The notes beneath the pieces were generated by a model. It was not told where the DNA came from. It was given only the letters and a program-made list of their open reading frames with translations, and made no database searches. A DNA stretch of 64,000 nt from Camelus ferus (Eukaryota), in NCBI RefSeq assembly GCF_009834535.1, contig NC_045697.1, forward strand, positions 65,722,001 to 65,786,000, written 5' to 3'. Positions 24,811-38,515 of this stretch are shown piece after piece. Positions within the stretch are counted from its first letter, which is position 1, and each line of letters begins with the position of its first letter. The position numbers and the translations under genes were made by a program.

Positions 24811-25290
24811 TGTATTAGGGTTCTCCAGAGAGACAGAACTAATTTTATTTAAATATATATAGAGAGAGTTACAGTTACATATGTGAGAGATTATGAAGAA
24901 TAGGCTCAGGCAGTGGTGGCGACTAAGAAGCCACAATATCTGCCCTCTGCAAACTGTAGACTCAGGAAAGTCAGTAGTGTAATTCAGTCCAAGTTCAAAA
25001 GCCTGAGAACCAGGAGACCCAGCGGTGTAAATCCCAGTCCAAGGGCAGGAAAAGATGATATGAGATGTCCTGGCTCAAGCAATGAGGCACAAAGGCAAAT
25101 TCCTTCTTCCTCTGCCTTTTTGTTCTATTCAGACTTTCAGTGGATTGGATGATGCCACCCACATTGGGGAGGGCCATCTGCTTTACTGAATCCACTGGCT
25201 CAAATGCTAATCCCATCCAGAAACACGCTCAATACACTCAGAAAGAATGTTTAATCTGGGCACCCCATGGCTAGTCAGGTTGACCCATAA
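24811..25290 (-). mobile_element. MLT2 (MLT2B-like) ERVL LTR
   Basis: TGTATTAGGGTTCTCCAGAGAGACAGAAC...CTGCAAACTGTAGACTCAGGAAAG...GGATTGGATGATGCCACCCACATTGGGGAGGGCCATCTGCTTTACT. Confidence 0.92.
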
Positions 25291-26039
25291 TGGCAACCTT
25301 GAGTACTAGGCAATTCATCCACATGTTTCTACTAAAAACAAGTCTATTTGTGTTTATTTTAGATATACTCATTTTCCACCTAGATTTCATTCTTAGAAGA
25401 ATTCACCACTAATGTCATTTGAACGTCGCTCTAACCACACATTTAGAACAAACAGTATGAAAAACTTAGTAAGAATCAGAATCTTTCAGACAGACCAGAC
25501 TTTGATGAAGGAAGCCCAGTGTGCATTTGCTTTATAATCAATCCTTCTACAAGAGTATACATGAATATATGAGTACTGAGACCTGAGAGGGATATCAAGA
25601 TAAGAATAGAAGACAATTACTTTGATTTTGGTTTCAGTTTTGTCACGGAAACTAGGGTGAAAAAAATCAAAGTATCTGAGGCAAATACACCCCAAATTTG
25701 AAACTATACTTCGGAGTCTTTTATAGGGAAGACTCTGAGACTGGCAAAAGGGTATCATAGAACTGGGGTCAGAGTGCCCCACTGTGTTTGCTGCTGCAGA
25801 AACCACTGTAAATGGAGTGAAGTTCTAAAACCCTGTGTAGTGAGGAGGATGGCTTATGTCCAATTTTAGACCTAGACAATTTGATGTATATGGAAGGATT
25901 TTCCTTTAATCATGCCAGCCTAAGAAAGTTAGATATGTTCTCCAAAAGGCTCCCCCCCCCCCCATTTTAAGTATTCAGAAGTCTTAGGACATGAGCTCTA
26001 TGTTGACTACATTGCATTGAGGCCAGTTAAAGACTCGGC

Positions 26040-26270
26040 CTGCCTCTGCCCAGGGCAGTACAATGGAGAGAATCCTACACAAGGACATGAGTTCTGCCAC
26101 TGCGCTGTAATAGCTGTGGGCCTTGATACATCATTTGGTTTCTCTAAGACGTGGTTTCTACGTCTGTAAAATTATAGTAATAATTCCTTTCTGCCTCACA
26201 GAAGTGTTTGTCAAAGTCCAGTGAGATTAAGAACGTGAAAGCTAAATGTAAGGAATAAGTATATATTAGC
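26040..26270 (+). mobile_element. MIR SINE
   Basis: TAGCTGTGGGCCTTG...GTTTCTACGTCTGTAAAATTATAGTAATAAT...GTGAGATTAAGAACGTGAAAGC. Confidence 0.7.
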
Positions 26271-26286
26271 TCTTCTTAAAATGTAT

Positions 26287-26790
26287 CAGAGCAGCACCAT
26301 CCTTAAGCCCAAGCAAGAAGGAACCCTGCCCTGAGCCCTGCTCTTTCAAGTCCCCCTTCTGGCCTTCTTTTTGCCACCTTCCTTCCCACCAGGAGAGGAG
26401 TTTACAGAGTCAAGGGGACCTGTCCACCAGGAGCCTATGCACTCCTTCTAAACCATATTCCAAGGATCCAGACCCCATAATTATTTATCCAGACTGTCCC
26501 AATCCCATTTTCTGGACCCATAGCCACTTGTCTCCAGTCCATTCTCTGAGAGGGAACCATACCACTGGTTTAACTCCCTAGCCCAAGGGTGGCCAAGGGA
26601 CACTGTCTGTGGGGTGTGGATGGATAGAGTGTGGGTGTGCACCTGACAGGAAGGACTGCATGCACATGGGCAAGGTCCTCACGGTGCAGAAGAGCTAGAA
26701 GTGGAAAGAGAAGGGGGTCGTGAAGCTGCAGTTGAAGAACAGGTTTTAAAATCTGGTAGCTTGACTTATGACTTGAAGTATTTAGAGGTG
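26287..26790. mobile_element. Probable MER115-like hAT-Tip100 DNA transposon remnant
   Basis: GC-richer block starting ...CCTTAAGCCCAAGCAAGAAGGAACCCTGCCCTGAGCCCTG and ending ...TAGCTTGACTTATGACTTGAAGTATTTAGA, resembling my recollection of MER115. Confidence 0.5.
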
Positions 26791-28190
26791 CACTATGCCA
26801 GGCTCTGTTTCTACGCTGACCTCAGGCTCCACAAATATTCACTATTCCACAGCTACCATCATAAGTTATTTCATGCATTTACCACTGAGTCCCCAAAATA
26901 CTTTTTTCTAATTTTAGGACTCATTATTGTTAAATATTTTACCCTGGGGAGGAAAATATGCTACTATGGACTGAAATCTCTTTCGAGTTCTTCAGTCTGG
27001 GCAAAATCCCAACCTTTTCCCCATTATTCTGCCACCTGCTGTGCTGGTCCCTCCACTGCGGCTGTCTCACCGATCTGTGGATGTTCTGTGTAATTCACAC
27101 GGGGACCGTGTTGGCTGAGGGGCACAGTCCTCTTCTCACATCAGCTTGAAAAATAAACAACTAGCATCTATTTTTCTTTAGTAGCCCCCTTTTTAAAAAA
27201 TGTTGACTATCAGAGGATGATGAGACTGCAGAATTAAAGCTTCATACCTGAAATCATCTCTGTATTGAATGAAGCTCTGTAATGATTTTGTGTAATACCT
27301 GTAAATATCTGAGAATACTATTTATCAGCAGAAGAACTGGTTTAAATTACTTTCAGCTTTGATGAGAAATGTGAAGAGACAGAAGTACACTACACACTGG
27401 CGTTTGTACAACTGGCAGCTTGGCAAATAGCAGCAGCATCACCTCCTTGTATTTGTCATATAGATGACGAACCCGAGAGAGTAGACTGAACAGGGGTGTC
27501 AGCTAATCAGCTTTTTTCATTAAAATTGATACTATCATTTTTATTCTGTAGTGCTTCCCTACATCAGGAACTCCTGTATATACTAGAAGCACCCAAAGAA
27601 TGTGGAAAATCTACTACAAATACTTTACGTTAGGAAGAAAATTATTTTAGTTGCCCATATTTGACTTAAGGGATTATGTCAAAACCTTTCTTTCCTGTCT
27701 CAGTGTCAAAGAATACAAATACGTCACAATTGTTGCCATAGCCTGCATTTGTACGGAAGCTTTTTATTCCAAGACTGTGCTTTCATACCTATTTTATCAT
27801 CTTTGCATCACGACAGACCTACATGTTAAGTAACATGTAACACAAACGTCTCATGGTCACCTTGATGTTTTCACTAACCATGTCCTCTTTTCTTTTCACC
27901 CGTCATGCCTTGCCAGTGGAGCCATTCCACGTAATTCTAATGAATAGAGATAGATCTTGTCCAAATCTTTGAGCTGTCTTTTGAACAAGACCAACCATAT
28001 ATGAAACAAGCCACAGACATTCAATTACAAACAACCTTGGATATTTTAATCTTTTGTGAAGCAACAGTCCACAGGGGTTGCACATTCAAATGCCTTCAAG
28101 AAGCAGCAGTTAACAAAACTCATGAAGTACACCATGAAATCTTAGACTATTTTTGTATGATCAAACTCCATCTTTGTCTGGTTCTACTGC

Positions 28191-28321
28191 TTTTTTTGTT
28201 TGGTTTGGTGGGAGGGAGATAATTAAGTTTGTTTGTTTATTTTTAGTGGAGGGATCAGGGATTGAACCCAGGACCTTGTGCGTGCTAAGCACATGCTCTG
28301 CCACTGAGCTATACATTCCCC
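28191..28321 (-). mobile_element. Camelid tRNA-derived SINE (vic-1 type)
   Basis: Reverse complement reads GGGGAATGTATAGCTCAGTGGCAGAGCATGTGCTTAGCACGCACAAGGTCCTGGGTTCAATCCCTG (Pol III A and B boxes) plus an A-rich tail; same family as the copies at 39741 and 44346. Confidence 0.9.
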
Positions 28322-28454
28322 TCTAGTTGTATTACTTTTTAAAATCTACGAGGGGTAGATCCCACCTCAGGGCGTCAACTAGAGACCCCACCCCTTCTAG
28401 CTGTCCTTTCTCCTGCCTTCCCTTACGTCTTCTTCAACCCTATGTTCTTTTCTT

Positions 28455-28600
28455 TTTCTTTTTTTTAAGCAGCTTTATTGTGGGTGATTCCTGTTCAGTA
28501 AACTACACATATTTCAGATGTACAGTTTGATGAATTTTGATGTATACACCTGTTAAACCACCACCACAATCAAGATCCCTAACAATTCCATCGCTCAAGA
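28455..28600 (-). mobile_element. Old L1 (L1MB/MC-type) 3' end
   Basis: CAGCTTTATTG...TGTACAGTTTGATGAATTTTGA...AACCACCACCACAATCAAGAT. Confidence 0.85.
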
Positions 28601-29987
28601 GGTGCAAACTTTAGCAACCCTTTATTTTCTTTCAGACTCATGGCTTTTGGCCCTGGCTTCATACTGGACTCCAGAATTGTTCCTTGATTTGTGCAAATAG
28701 TTTGGTTTCTACAGCTTTTATGCTTTGGCTCTATCTTTCTAACAGAATTTGCAGGTGCCCTCTAGCTACATTTCTACTTTTGTTTCTAGGTATTATCCTC
28801 TGAAGTATAGTGAAAATGTCTGTCTTAACTATAGGCACTTCTGATGGGTCTGCTCTATGCTCTGACCCCCTGTCCACCACCCAGGCTCAGAAGAGAAAGA
28901 TTATATCATCCCAACCCTTATTAAAATCCATCTCTATGTTAAGTGTTCAAGTTCATTTTCAGTTAATTATACTTAAGTGCCAGGCCATGTTTGAGTGATA
29001 TATTTTAGCATATAGCAGTCAGGTATAATGGCTTAAAAGAAAAAAAAATTAATGGGCGCAGATTTTGCTGTTTCAAGCTTCAGACCCTTCTTCTGTAATC
29101 AGTACTCAGTATGAATGTATAAGAACTCATTAACATTTATTCCCTGTTTTGATTTAAATTTAAGCTCTCCCATCATAGATTATAAACAGAATGTCTGAAC
29201 ACATTTGACCCTTCTGGGTAGAAAAGTTAACTTTTTTCAGATTCCTCTAAATACTAAAAAGCATAATAGGTCATTCACTGTTATCTTTTATTATATAGGA
29301 AATTTAGGTCATTTAAAGAAAGATGTCCATATTATATCTCAGTAATCTTTGAAGAAATAAATGAATATATTTTCTTTATTGCCAATAGGAATCTAAAAAT
29401 GAGTTTGCAATTAAAAAACTTTTTTCACCTATACCTTAACTGTATCTCCTATATAATTAGAGCTTCCTTATACTCAAAATTTCTTCAGGAATATGTTAGA
29501 GATAGCTGGGTGGGTGAAGGAAGTGATGGATAGACTCATCTCAATTTATCAGTACGTCTGTTATATCACGTGGGACTTACCTACTGCCTAAAATGACTGA
29601 TAAAAGGGGGTCTTTTATGTAAAATATAATTAACAAAGTCAAAGTGATTTTTGGCCAATTTTTCAATTTTTTAAACATCTTACAAACAGTATGTTGTGTG
29701 TGTGTGCGTATGTGTTTCCCCTCTTACATGTTGAAAGTAAAAAATTGGTTAGACATGGAAAATGAAGTCTGGAGTAACTTGCAAAAGACCTTGACTTAAA
29801 TAACAAATTATATCACATTATCTAATAGTCTTTTAATAGATAGCCTATCACCTGCAGATCACTTAAAGCATAATAGTAATTTATAGACAGTAGTTATTAA
29901 GAGTAACTTATACCATAATAGCGCCTTTTCTGGAAATATTTTAATAACAAAATCTATCCAGCTCCTGAAGTTATATACTGATAGATG

Positions 29988-30110
29988 AAATTTATTGAGC
30001 ACTTACTGTGTATTAAACACTCTTCTAAGTGTTTATCATGCAGGAATTTAATTTCCATAGCTCACTCTCTGAAAACAGTACTATCCTCTTAGCTTGTGGA
30101 TAAGGAAAGT
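29988..30110 (-). mobile_element. MIR SINE fragment
   Basis: TTTATTGAGCACTTACTGTGTATTAAACACTCTTCTAAGTG. Confidence 0.7.
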
Positions 30111-32569
30111 AATAGTACTTATTTCAGAGGGTGGCTCAGTGGATTCAAAGCTCATATATCTATCCACTCTGTTCTCTATTTTTCAATAGTGGAAGCTTTA
30201 GAAGAAAAAAGAGGCAGGGGCAGGGGAAATGGCCCATTTCTCCAACTTTATTTTAACCATTACTCACTTACTAAGCATCTAAAGATTTTATACTTGTTCC
30301 TGGATTATATATGTTATTTTTTTCAAGGTTAAATTGCAAAGTAAAAACAGTCTTGTACAAGCAATAATAATAGCTTATACGTTCCACTGCAAAGCATTTC
30401 CCAGCCAGAAGTTGGAAACACTTTTCACGCATCACTGAAAAATAGCTCCCTTCAATTGAATAATGCTAATGTTTATTAGCACTTAATGGCCTCAGACAGG
30501 ACAGTATTTTGAAATTCAAGAGTAATTTGAAGTGCGCAGAATGTGAATACACCAAAGAGTTTAGCTGCCATATTTCAAAATAAAGTGTTCAGCACCTTAC
30601 ACACCACAGCTCCTCAGTATCGATTGCTGCTAATGCCAGAACAGTGACGTAGACCAATGGACCTTCCATTTCTATGTGTGGAAATGGTTCTTGACAACCT
30701 GTGACTTTGGACAAATCAATTAACCCTCTTATGTTCATGATCCACTTAATGCCAAGAAATGTGTTGAGTAAATTAGTGTTTGTAAAAGTGTAAGTTTCTT
30801 AAATGTGTGCTAAAAAGGACATATAAAAAATTATTAACTTCAGGAACCAAATGGAACCCAAAATCAATGATCAGTTTTCTAGAAATTCCTAAACTATCTT
30901 CTAGAATGAGAAGATAGAGTAGAATAGCTTTGTTAATTTTTTTTGTATCTGAAGAAGAACGTTATTGTGACTTTACAGATGACATTGGAATTTGAGAAAT
31001 ACAAACCCGATTCAGATGTGACCGTCTGACTCTGCCCATTTTGTATGGCTTCTGGTTTCTGTTCACACACAAATGGCAGCCCTTGCTCTTCCCTTGTTGT
31101 CAACAGTACAAATTGTGGGAGCCTATGACATGGTACAATGACAACCTAAGTTTACCTTTATAACTTTCAAAATAAAACCACTAGCAGCTATTTCAGAAGA
31201 AAAAACCCTGGGTTAAAAACTTAAAATAAGATTCAGCATATCTCTCCCATTAGTAAAAACATAAACTAACATATCTAAAATAATAAATTTCAAACATTTT
31301 AAAGATATTACCCTCATCAAGCTCTCTAATACTTGTTCTTATCAGCATAGACTTTCTCCCATGGCTTCTCTTTGACATTTGAAATGGTTGCCTACCGTTT
31401 CCGCATGTGGGCCTCCTCCCATTGTATGTTCTAATCCTGCTCTCAAGTCAGATCCCACCAAGTGTCTGCGTTCTTGAGAAATAACTGATGTGTTCTCGTA
31501 TTTGAAGTTTTTTCTATTGAAATAAAACAAAGAAGATGTGAGATGAAGAGGCAGTTTTGCTGTTTGACTAGAAATCACCTTAAAATAAGAAAAACAAGTT
31601 TTTAAATATGATCCTGAGACTAGGAAGATAAAGTTAGCCAACTATGTTTACTCTAATTATATAGATGCACGTAATTCTTTCTAGGAATGAGATATTTTAA
31701 ATTATTTTCTTGTCAGTATTAATGTCTCAGGCATTGCTTAAGGAATTCTGAATGGTAAAGCAAGGAGCTATTTTAGGAGAAGATCTTGATTTTGTTTAGC
31801 TAAACTATGTACAGCCTTCCTGCTTTTTCTCCTAAACACTGAAATTTGACAATTGGCAACTCTAGTGTTTTTAATTATTTATAAATAATGGTTTTGTTTC
31901 AGTTTTCTTTATTGAATATGCCAAAATAAATGTTTTTGTACTTTTAAATTTCTGCAATAGGAAAATTGTTTATGTTATTTGAAAGAAGAATAAGCTATCT
32001 GCAAACTGTCTGTATTTCAGGAGATTACAATGCATAGTGTTATCCTAACTTACTATAAAACTGATGACATTTTGAGTTGTATTAACATGTCAAGGAACAG
32101 ATTTCAAATCAATAGGAAATAACATAAGCTAGGTGAGAAGGAGTGGTAAAACACTTTTTCAAGGGGAAAGTAACAATTTCTGAGGATGACAAATCTTTGG
32201 GGGTATCTTCCATATTAGTGCAGGCTGTTTGTAAACAGAGTAACACTTCAGGCTTTAGTAAACAGGGGGTAAAAACAAATGTCTCTCCTGGCATATGAAT
32301 ATAAGGACTCTGCCTGGGGAATGACTTCTCATTCATACGCTTTATCTTGTAAAGAAGAAAAAGAAAAGAATTAGAAATCCTGCAATATCTGTGTGTGTCA
32401 GGTAATGAACAAATGCTTTGCATCCCTTTTCAAACCAAATCTCAAATCCTTACACATTTTTACTCTGACTTTCACTAACTTGTTCTTTAAGACTTCATTT
32501 TTTTCATCAGAATGCATCTGCTTCCTCCAACCAGTCTCCTCCCTGCCAGTTCAGATGTTGCTCAGACGT

Positions 32570-32790
32570 CTTTTCCCTGATCCGTAGAATTGGGTCAGAT
32601 TCTTCTGACTTGCGTTCCCCCAGCTCCTTGAGTTTGCCCGTGGTAAGTTTCATCACGTGGGAGTGAGACTGCTCTAACAACAGTCATAACCATCAACTGC
32701 TGCTGAATTCCATGGGACTAGAGATGAGGCCCGTCTTGTTCATCACTGTCACTCAGAGTGTGGCCTGTAGTAGGTGCTCCATAAATGGCA
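32570..32790 (+). mobile_element. L2 LINE 3' end
   Basis: GTCTTGTTCATCACTGT...GGCCTGTAGTAGGTGCTCCATAAAT. Confidence 0.65.
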
Positions 32791-32944
32791 CCACAGTTAA
32801 TAGAGACAGAAGTAGGAGGAGTCCAGACTCTCCCTAGGTAACCTCATCTTCTTTTGTGGATTTAAATTTCACCTATAGAATGTGCACTCCCAACTCTGCT
32901 TGTCACCCAGTTTTCTCTGCAGTTTCAGACATTTATATCCAACT

Positions 32945-33172
32945 GTTAGGAGCACAGACTCCAGAGCCAGGCTGCCTGGGTTTATATTTTTCACTTTGCC
33001 ACTAATTGCACTCATTACATTCTATGTACAAATTCTGTTCAATCAAGTTGTGACTTTGAGCAAATTGTCCTTAATTTCTCTATGCTGTCAATTTCTTCAT
33101 CTCTAAAAAGGGGGAGAGACTTAAAAAGATTAATACACGTAAAGCACTTAAACAGGGCCTGGCAGGTAGTTA
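32945..33172 (+). mobile_element. MIR SINE
   Basis: GAGCACAGACTCCAGAGCCAGGCTGCCTGGGTT...GTGACTTTGAGCAAATT...CTTCATCTCTAAAA...GTAAAGCACTTAAACAGGGCCTGGCA. Confidence 0.85.
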
Positions 33173-33609
33173 CACTGTCGTCCTCGCTGCCGCGGCTCCT
33201 TCTGCCGCAGCTCCTGCTGCTCTTGCTGGTGCTCTTACTATTCTGCTAGACAAGTTTCCTCGGCCACTCCTGTTATGTCTAATACACACTACCTAAAACT
33301 GAACTCTTCATCTCTCCATTGTCGGAATGTTCTCTGCTTCTCATATTCTCCTTCCTAATTTACCTAATTCATCCTACCACCACCCACCCAATTACCTAAG
33401 CAGATGCAAATCATACTCACCCTCTCCCCCACCACTTCAGCTGCCACCCAGTACCGTCTAGTGACTCCCTAAACCTTCTCTTAGTGCCTTATGAACATCT
33501 CATACTCACCTCCTCCTCTCTATTCTCATTGCTTTTGTCCAGGCCCCGTCACTGCCTGGATGGCTTCCTAACCTGTCTCACTGCTTTCAGTCTCCTACCT
33601 CTGCGGTAC

Positions 33610-34505
33610 ACTCACTTTTTCACCAAATGTTCTTTGAGCAATTACTGTGTGCCAGGCACTGTTTTGTAGTTTTAGTATCTGTCAGTAAACGAAACAAACA
33701 ATTTAAAATTTCCCACCTTCATTGAGCGTATATTTCAGTAGGAAGAGACAGGAAATAAATTACGAACACCGCAAATAAGTAAATCATATAAAACATTAAA
33801 AGATAAAGTGCTGTTTTTAAAAAAAAAAAAGGTAAAAGGTAGGGAGTTATGGAGTGGATGGGCAGTTTTCAATTTAAAAAATGGTATTCAGAATGTGAAA
33901 ACAAATATATATATATATATATGTAGATATATATGCATGACTGGGACATTGTGCTGTACACGAGAAATTGACACATTGTAACTGACTGTACTTCAATTTT
34001 TAAAAAAAGAGCATCCATGGAAGATGGATAGCAATTTATTAAAACGCCTAAAAAATAAATAAATAAAATAAAAATTAAAAAGAGTATTCAGGGAAGTCTC
34101 CTTGATAAGATGGCATGTGAATGAGCACTTGAAGGAAACGTGGGGGTGAGCTTTGCAGATATCTGAGAGAAGAGCATTCCTGACAGGGCTCACTCAGTGA
34201 GGTGGAGTATACCTGGTGTGCTGAAGAAAAAGCAAAGAAACTAGTGCAGCCGGAGTGGAGAGAGTGAGGAATAAGAGAAGTAGAGGAAGAAGTCAGAGAA
34301 GTAATCACGGGCCAGACAGTTTGGGGCTGGGCCAGTGTAAGAACATTGGCTTTTATTCTGTATGAAATGAGGAGCTGTTGTAAGGTTTTGAGCACAGAAG
34401 AGACATGATTTGGCTGCTGCATTGAAAAAAGGCTGGAACTGGAAAGGATAGAAGCTGGGAAAAACAGTTAAGGTTATTATGATAATCTAGATGAAAGATG
34501 ATGTT
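33610..34505 (-). mobile_element. L2 LINE 3' region (host of a young L1 insertion)
   Basis: TTGAGCAATTACTGTGTGCCAGGCACTGTT...CAGGGAAGTCTCC...CAGATATCTGAGAGAAGAGCATTCC...GGTTTTGAGCACAGAAGAGACATGAT. Confidence 0.88.
33892..34076 (+). mobile_element. Young camelid-type L1 3' end with an extra 3' segment
   Basis: TGCATGACTGGGACATTGTGCTGTACACGAGAAATTGACACATTGTAACTGACTGTACTTCAATT, an A run, 41 bp of non-L1 sequence, a second A-rich tail; TSD-like AAAAATGGTATTCAG (33877-33891) / AAAAAGAGTATTCAG (34077-34091). Confidence 0.88.
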
Positions 34506-35027
34506 ATCTTTTTTTAAAGCCACAGTGTAGATTCCTAAACTTGATGGAACAGTTCACCTTCCGGTGAAGTAGCAATAAATGTTGTGTTGAGTTTCCTTTG
34601 GCCAAAACGTATATTTCCAGATTTATCTCTGCACTACGAGCTCCAGCCAGATTGTACTATTATCTGTTCCCCTAAACACAGCATGCTGTCTTTGATGCCT
34701 TGTTACCTAGGCTCTCATGTGGCCCCATCAACCTGGATGGCTCTCCCGCCACATTGCCTTGTACATCTGGAAATGTTCTTCTACTTCTTTCTGAATGTCC
34801 CCACTGGTACATGATACTTGCAAGAATTAATTGATAATTCAATGTTCCTGGTGCTACAAGAGGCATTTTATATGTTATTTCACTGAATCTTTATAATGAC
34901 CTTGAAAGGTAGATTATTTTATCCTAATTTTGCAATACATATTAATATATTGACTCAGTAATTCAACATCTTGGCCCCTTGTGGGAAAGAGGTGGAATAC
35001 TTTGTTCAGCAGTAGTGGGAGAGGTAG

Positions 35028-35392
35028 TGTATTAGTTTGCTAGGGCTGCAGTACAAAATGCCACAGACTTGATGGCTTATTCAACAGAAATTTATTTTCT
35101 TACAATTCTCTAGGCTAAAAGTCCAGGATCAAAGTGTTGGCAAGAGTGGTTTCTTCCCACACTTCTCTCCTCGGTTCATACACATTGTCTTCTCCCTGCG
35201 TCTGCACCTGGTTTTCCCTCTGCACGTCTGTGTGATAACTAGTCATACTGGATTAGGGTGCATCCTAATGACCTCACTTTAACTTAATTACCTCTTTACA
35301 GATCTTACCTCCAAATACAGTCACATTTTAAGGTGCAAAGGGTTCTGACTTCAGCATATAAATTTGAGGGGACACAATTCAGCCCATAAGCT
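35028..35392 (-). mobile_element. MLT1A-type ERVL-MaLR solo LTR
   Basis: TGTATTAGTTTGCTAGGGCTGC...CAACAGAAATTTATTTTCTTACAATTCT...CCAAATACAGTCACATT...GGGGACACAATTCAGCCCATAA; flanks GGTAG/GGTAA. Confidence 0.92.
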
Positions 35393-36664
35393 GGTAAGAG
35401 CATGAACATTAGAATACCTGTGTATAATATTGTTACACCATTGAGTTAGTGTAACAGAACAGACTTGGTCCATTATTCTAGCTTACTATAAGACCCTGAG
35501 TCTGTTGTTTAGCCTCAGTTTTCTATCTGTGTGTCCGATAGAATAGTTTCTGTGGTAGTTAACTATGATCTTTCTGTTCTTTACTCTTTTGGTCAACAAA
35601 TGCTTATTGGGAGACTACTCTCTTCCAGACATTGTGCTAGATACCCATGGAGGCAAATAGCTAGTAACTGCCTTGAGGAGCATTTGGGAAAGAATTCAGT
35701 TGTACCACAGCACCTGGCATGTGATACACACTTAATAAATAGTTTTTGGACAAATATATGATTAACAAATAAGCTTGCATAGCAAAGGTCATCTTCCAGT
35801 CATTCCACTTCAGGCTTCCCTGAGCTTGAGGAATAGTACAGAGAATGACTTCATCCACCCATGAATTGATCTTGAGAACACAAGTCAACTCATTAATTTA
35901 GCACTTCCTCCTTGTCCCCTGCAAAAGAAATTCAAAATAGCATTATCTCATATAAATATAATTCTAAAAACAGAACACATGGATTTCTTTTAAAAGGTTA
36001 AAATTCAGAATTTCCGATTCTGGATAAAGAAATGAAAGGCATTATTTCTTGACTATTTGACATGACATGGACTCTTCCTCCCCCTTTTCTTAACTGGCGT
36101 AGTTTTAAAATCCAACTAAGCATTGCATTTGCCACTGCAAATTTGTAAACTATAGAAAAATCAGAAAGATAACCATCACCCAATAGCCTATCACTCAAAA
36201 ATAATTTTGAATTATTTTATTCTGGAATGTGTGTGTATGAAAGTGTATACATAACTATAATTCCATATATAATTTTATATCTTGTTTCTCTCTTAGTATA
36301 AGAAAGTTTCTCTCTTACAGAATGTACATATTTATGTTATAAATTCTTTGCAAACATTTAAAGTCTGTGTAACAATTTGTACAGTGACTATACCCCAATA
36401 AATCTTCATTTTTGCTTTTATAAAAATCATTGATCCTGTGACAAGATCCCATTTATGAGAAACAATGTTATGGGCATGCTTGTATATAATATACTTTCTT
36501 AAAATTAATGTCTCGAGGCTATAAAAAACAAATTGTTGGTATAACTTCTAAGGAAGGGTGGGAGAAGGGGCTACTGAGAAGCCCAGTCTCTCCTTGCTGT
36601 CTATACTTCTGCATTATTTAAGGAGTATGCTTTATTTCTGCAATTCAGAATATTTTAAAATAAA

Positions 36665-36820
36665 GTAACAACATAGCAGTGAACATATTTGTGTATGAAA
36701 CTCTTCCTAAATTTCAAATTATTATCTTGGCATAAATTCCCAGAAATGTATTACTAAATCAGAGGGTCTAAACATTTTGAAGCCTTTTGATAAAAGCTGG
36801 CAAATTGCTTTCCTAATGAG
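36665..36820 (-). mobile_element. Old L1 (L1ME-type) fragment
   Basis: GCAGTGAACATATTTGTGTAT...ATAAATTCCCAGAAATGTATTACTAAATCAGAGGGT...GGCAAATTGCTTTCC. Confidence 0.7.
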
Positions 36821-37534
36821 CTGTCATGAATAAATTCTTGAGGAAAATAGTAAACAATTGAACCAGAAAAAAATATTCTCATCACAAATTTAAATGAGGT
36901 TGGCTCATCAAAGTTGGATTCTAAATACGCACCCTTAACTCTTTCCAGTCTTTTCTCTCACTGGAAAGTTAAACTAATCATTACAATAGAATGCACTAAT
37001 TATATATAAGCCTTTATTTTAAAAATATGATGATGTATGCTTTTAGGAGCCTTTTATAGAAATATGTATTTAACTTGTTTGGCTTTCAATAAACACTTGA
37101 AATTTTTTTCCAATTGCAAAAGACATATGCAGTAGCTTTAGTATCGTTATTTTGTTTGTTTCAAATGTGAAATACAAATGAATATTATCTTCAATTTGTC
37201 CTGAAATATCTATTTTCATAATTGATTTAATTGCTTACATTAAAATTTCTAAAAAAGCCTAATGATGATCTTCTTTAAATGTTGACAAATGACAAATTGA
37301 TTAGAATAAATTGTATTTAGAGCATGAAATAATTAAAAGTTTCTTTTCCTGTTTTCTCAAAAGATAATTATTAGAAAATTCAAAGTATTTTATGATGTGC
37401 TATTTTTGTCTTAATGTGGTCAGTCAGTCTGGGTACAGAAGTTAAAAAAAAACAGAAAATAATTGAAATGCAGGTACTTCATTACATTTGAAATGTTAAA
37501 CCAAGAAGAACAGTGAAGTATAATTAAAAGTAAC

Positions 37535-37705
37535 TAAGGTATGGCTATAGACAGATATGAGTTCAAATCTTAGCTTTGTGACCTAGAATAAGTTATTTAA
37601 CTTTGCATAGTTTGAGTATTTTTCATCTATAAAATAAATATTTGCAAAAAATTTTAGTATTGTAATTTATAGATGCTTTAAAAATGATACCCACTATTAT
37701 TATGT
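37535..37705 (+). mobile_element. MIR SINE
   Basis: GAGTTCAAATCTTAGCTTTGTGACC...AAGTTATTTAAC...TTCATCTATAAAAT. Confidence 0.65.
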
Positions 37706-37809
37706 CTAAACCAAAAACGGTGTGTGCTATTTCACATTTTTAAGATAGAAAATAAATCATAATGCCTATGATTACATGTTAGAGATTATTTTATTTTCAT
37801 TTGCATATA

Positions 37810-38110
37810 AGGATGTATACAAGATATATAATTTATGATTTATATATAAATTATATCATATATACCTTACATAAGACAGATCTCAGAATATTAAAATGAG
37901 AATGTGTGTATGTGGCATACACATATATATACATATGGATAGATAGATGTATCCCAGAACATCCTAGATGTATCCTGAAATATTAAAATAAGAATGTATG
38001 TATGTGTATGTATATGTACACATACACATGCATGAGATATAGCTTATGTAATGTTATATACTGATATAAAAAATATAAATATATTAAATATAAAGATTCT
38101 TATTAAATGT
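37810..38110. repeat. AT/AC-rich low-complexity tract containing a diverged ~92-bp duplication
   Basis: AATATTAAAATGAGAATGTGTGTATGTG (37887) vs AATATTAAAATAAGAATGTATGTATGTG (37979). Confidence 0.75.
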
Positions 38111-38139
38111 AAATTGTGTGATTATAATAGTCCTTACCA

Positions 38140-38515
38140 CATTCATTCAACAAATATTCATTGAACACATTTACTTTAAGAACCGTGGACATAGAAGTGA
38201 AAAAAGAGACATCCTTACCTTCACAGAACATACACTCAAATGAGGGAAAAGGCAGTAAAAAGACAAATGAATAAAATACACAGTACACTAACAGGGTATA
38301 GATGCTCAAGGAAAAAAAAAAGAGAGAGATAAAAAAAATTGGAGGATGAGTTGCAAATTTAGAATAGGGATCAGGGAAGAAGACCTTACTGAGAAGTCAT
38401 TTGACTCATGACCTGCAGAAAATGAGGGAGCAAACCACTGGGTATCTAAGGTAAGAGCTTTCCAGGCAGAGGGAACAGCAAATGCAAAAGTACAGAGGTG
38501 AGGACACACCTGGAC
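38140..38515 (-). mobile_element. L2 LINE 3' end
   Basis: CATTCATTCAACAAATATTCATTGAACAC...TCAGGGAAGAAGACCTTACTGAGAAG...TTCCAGGCAGAGGGAACAGCAAATGCAAA. Confidence 0.92.
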
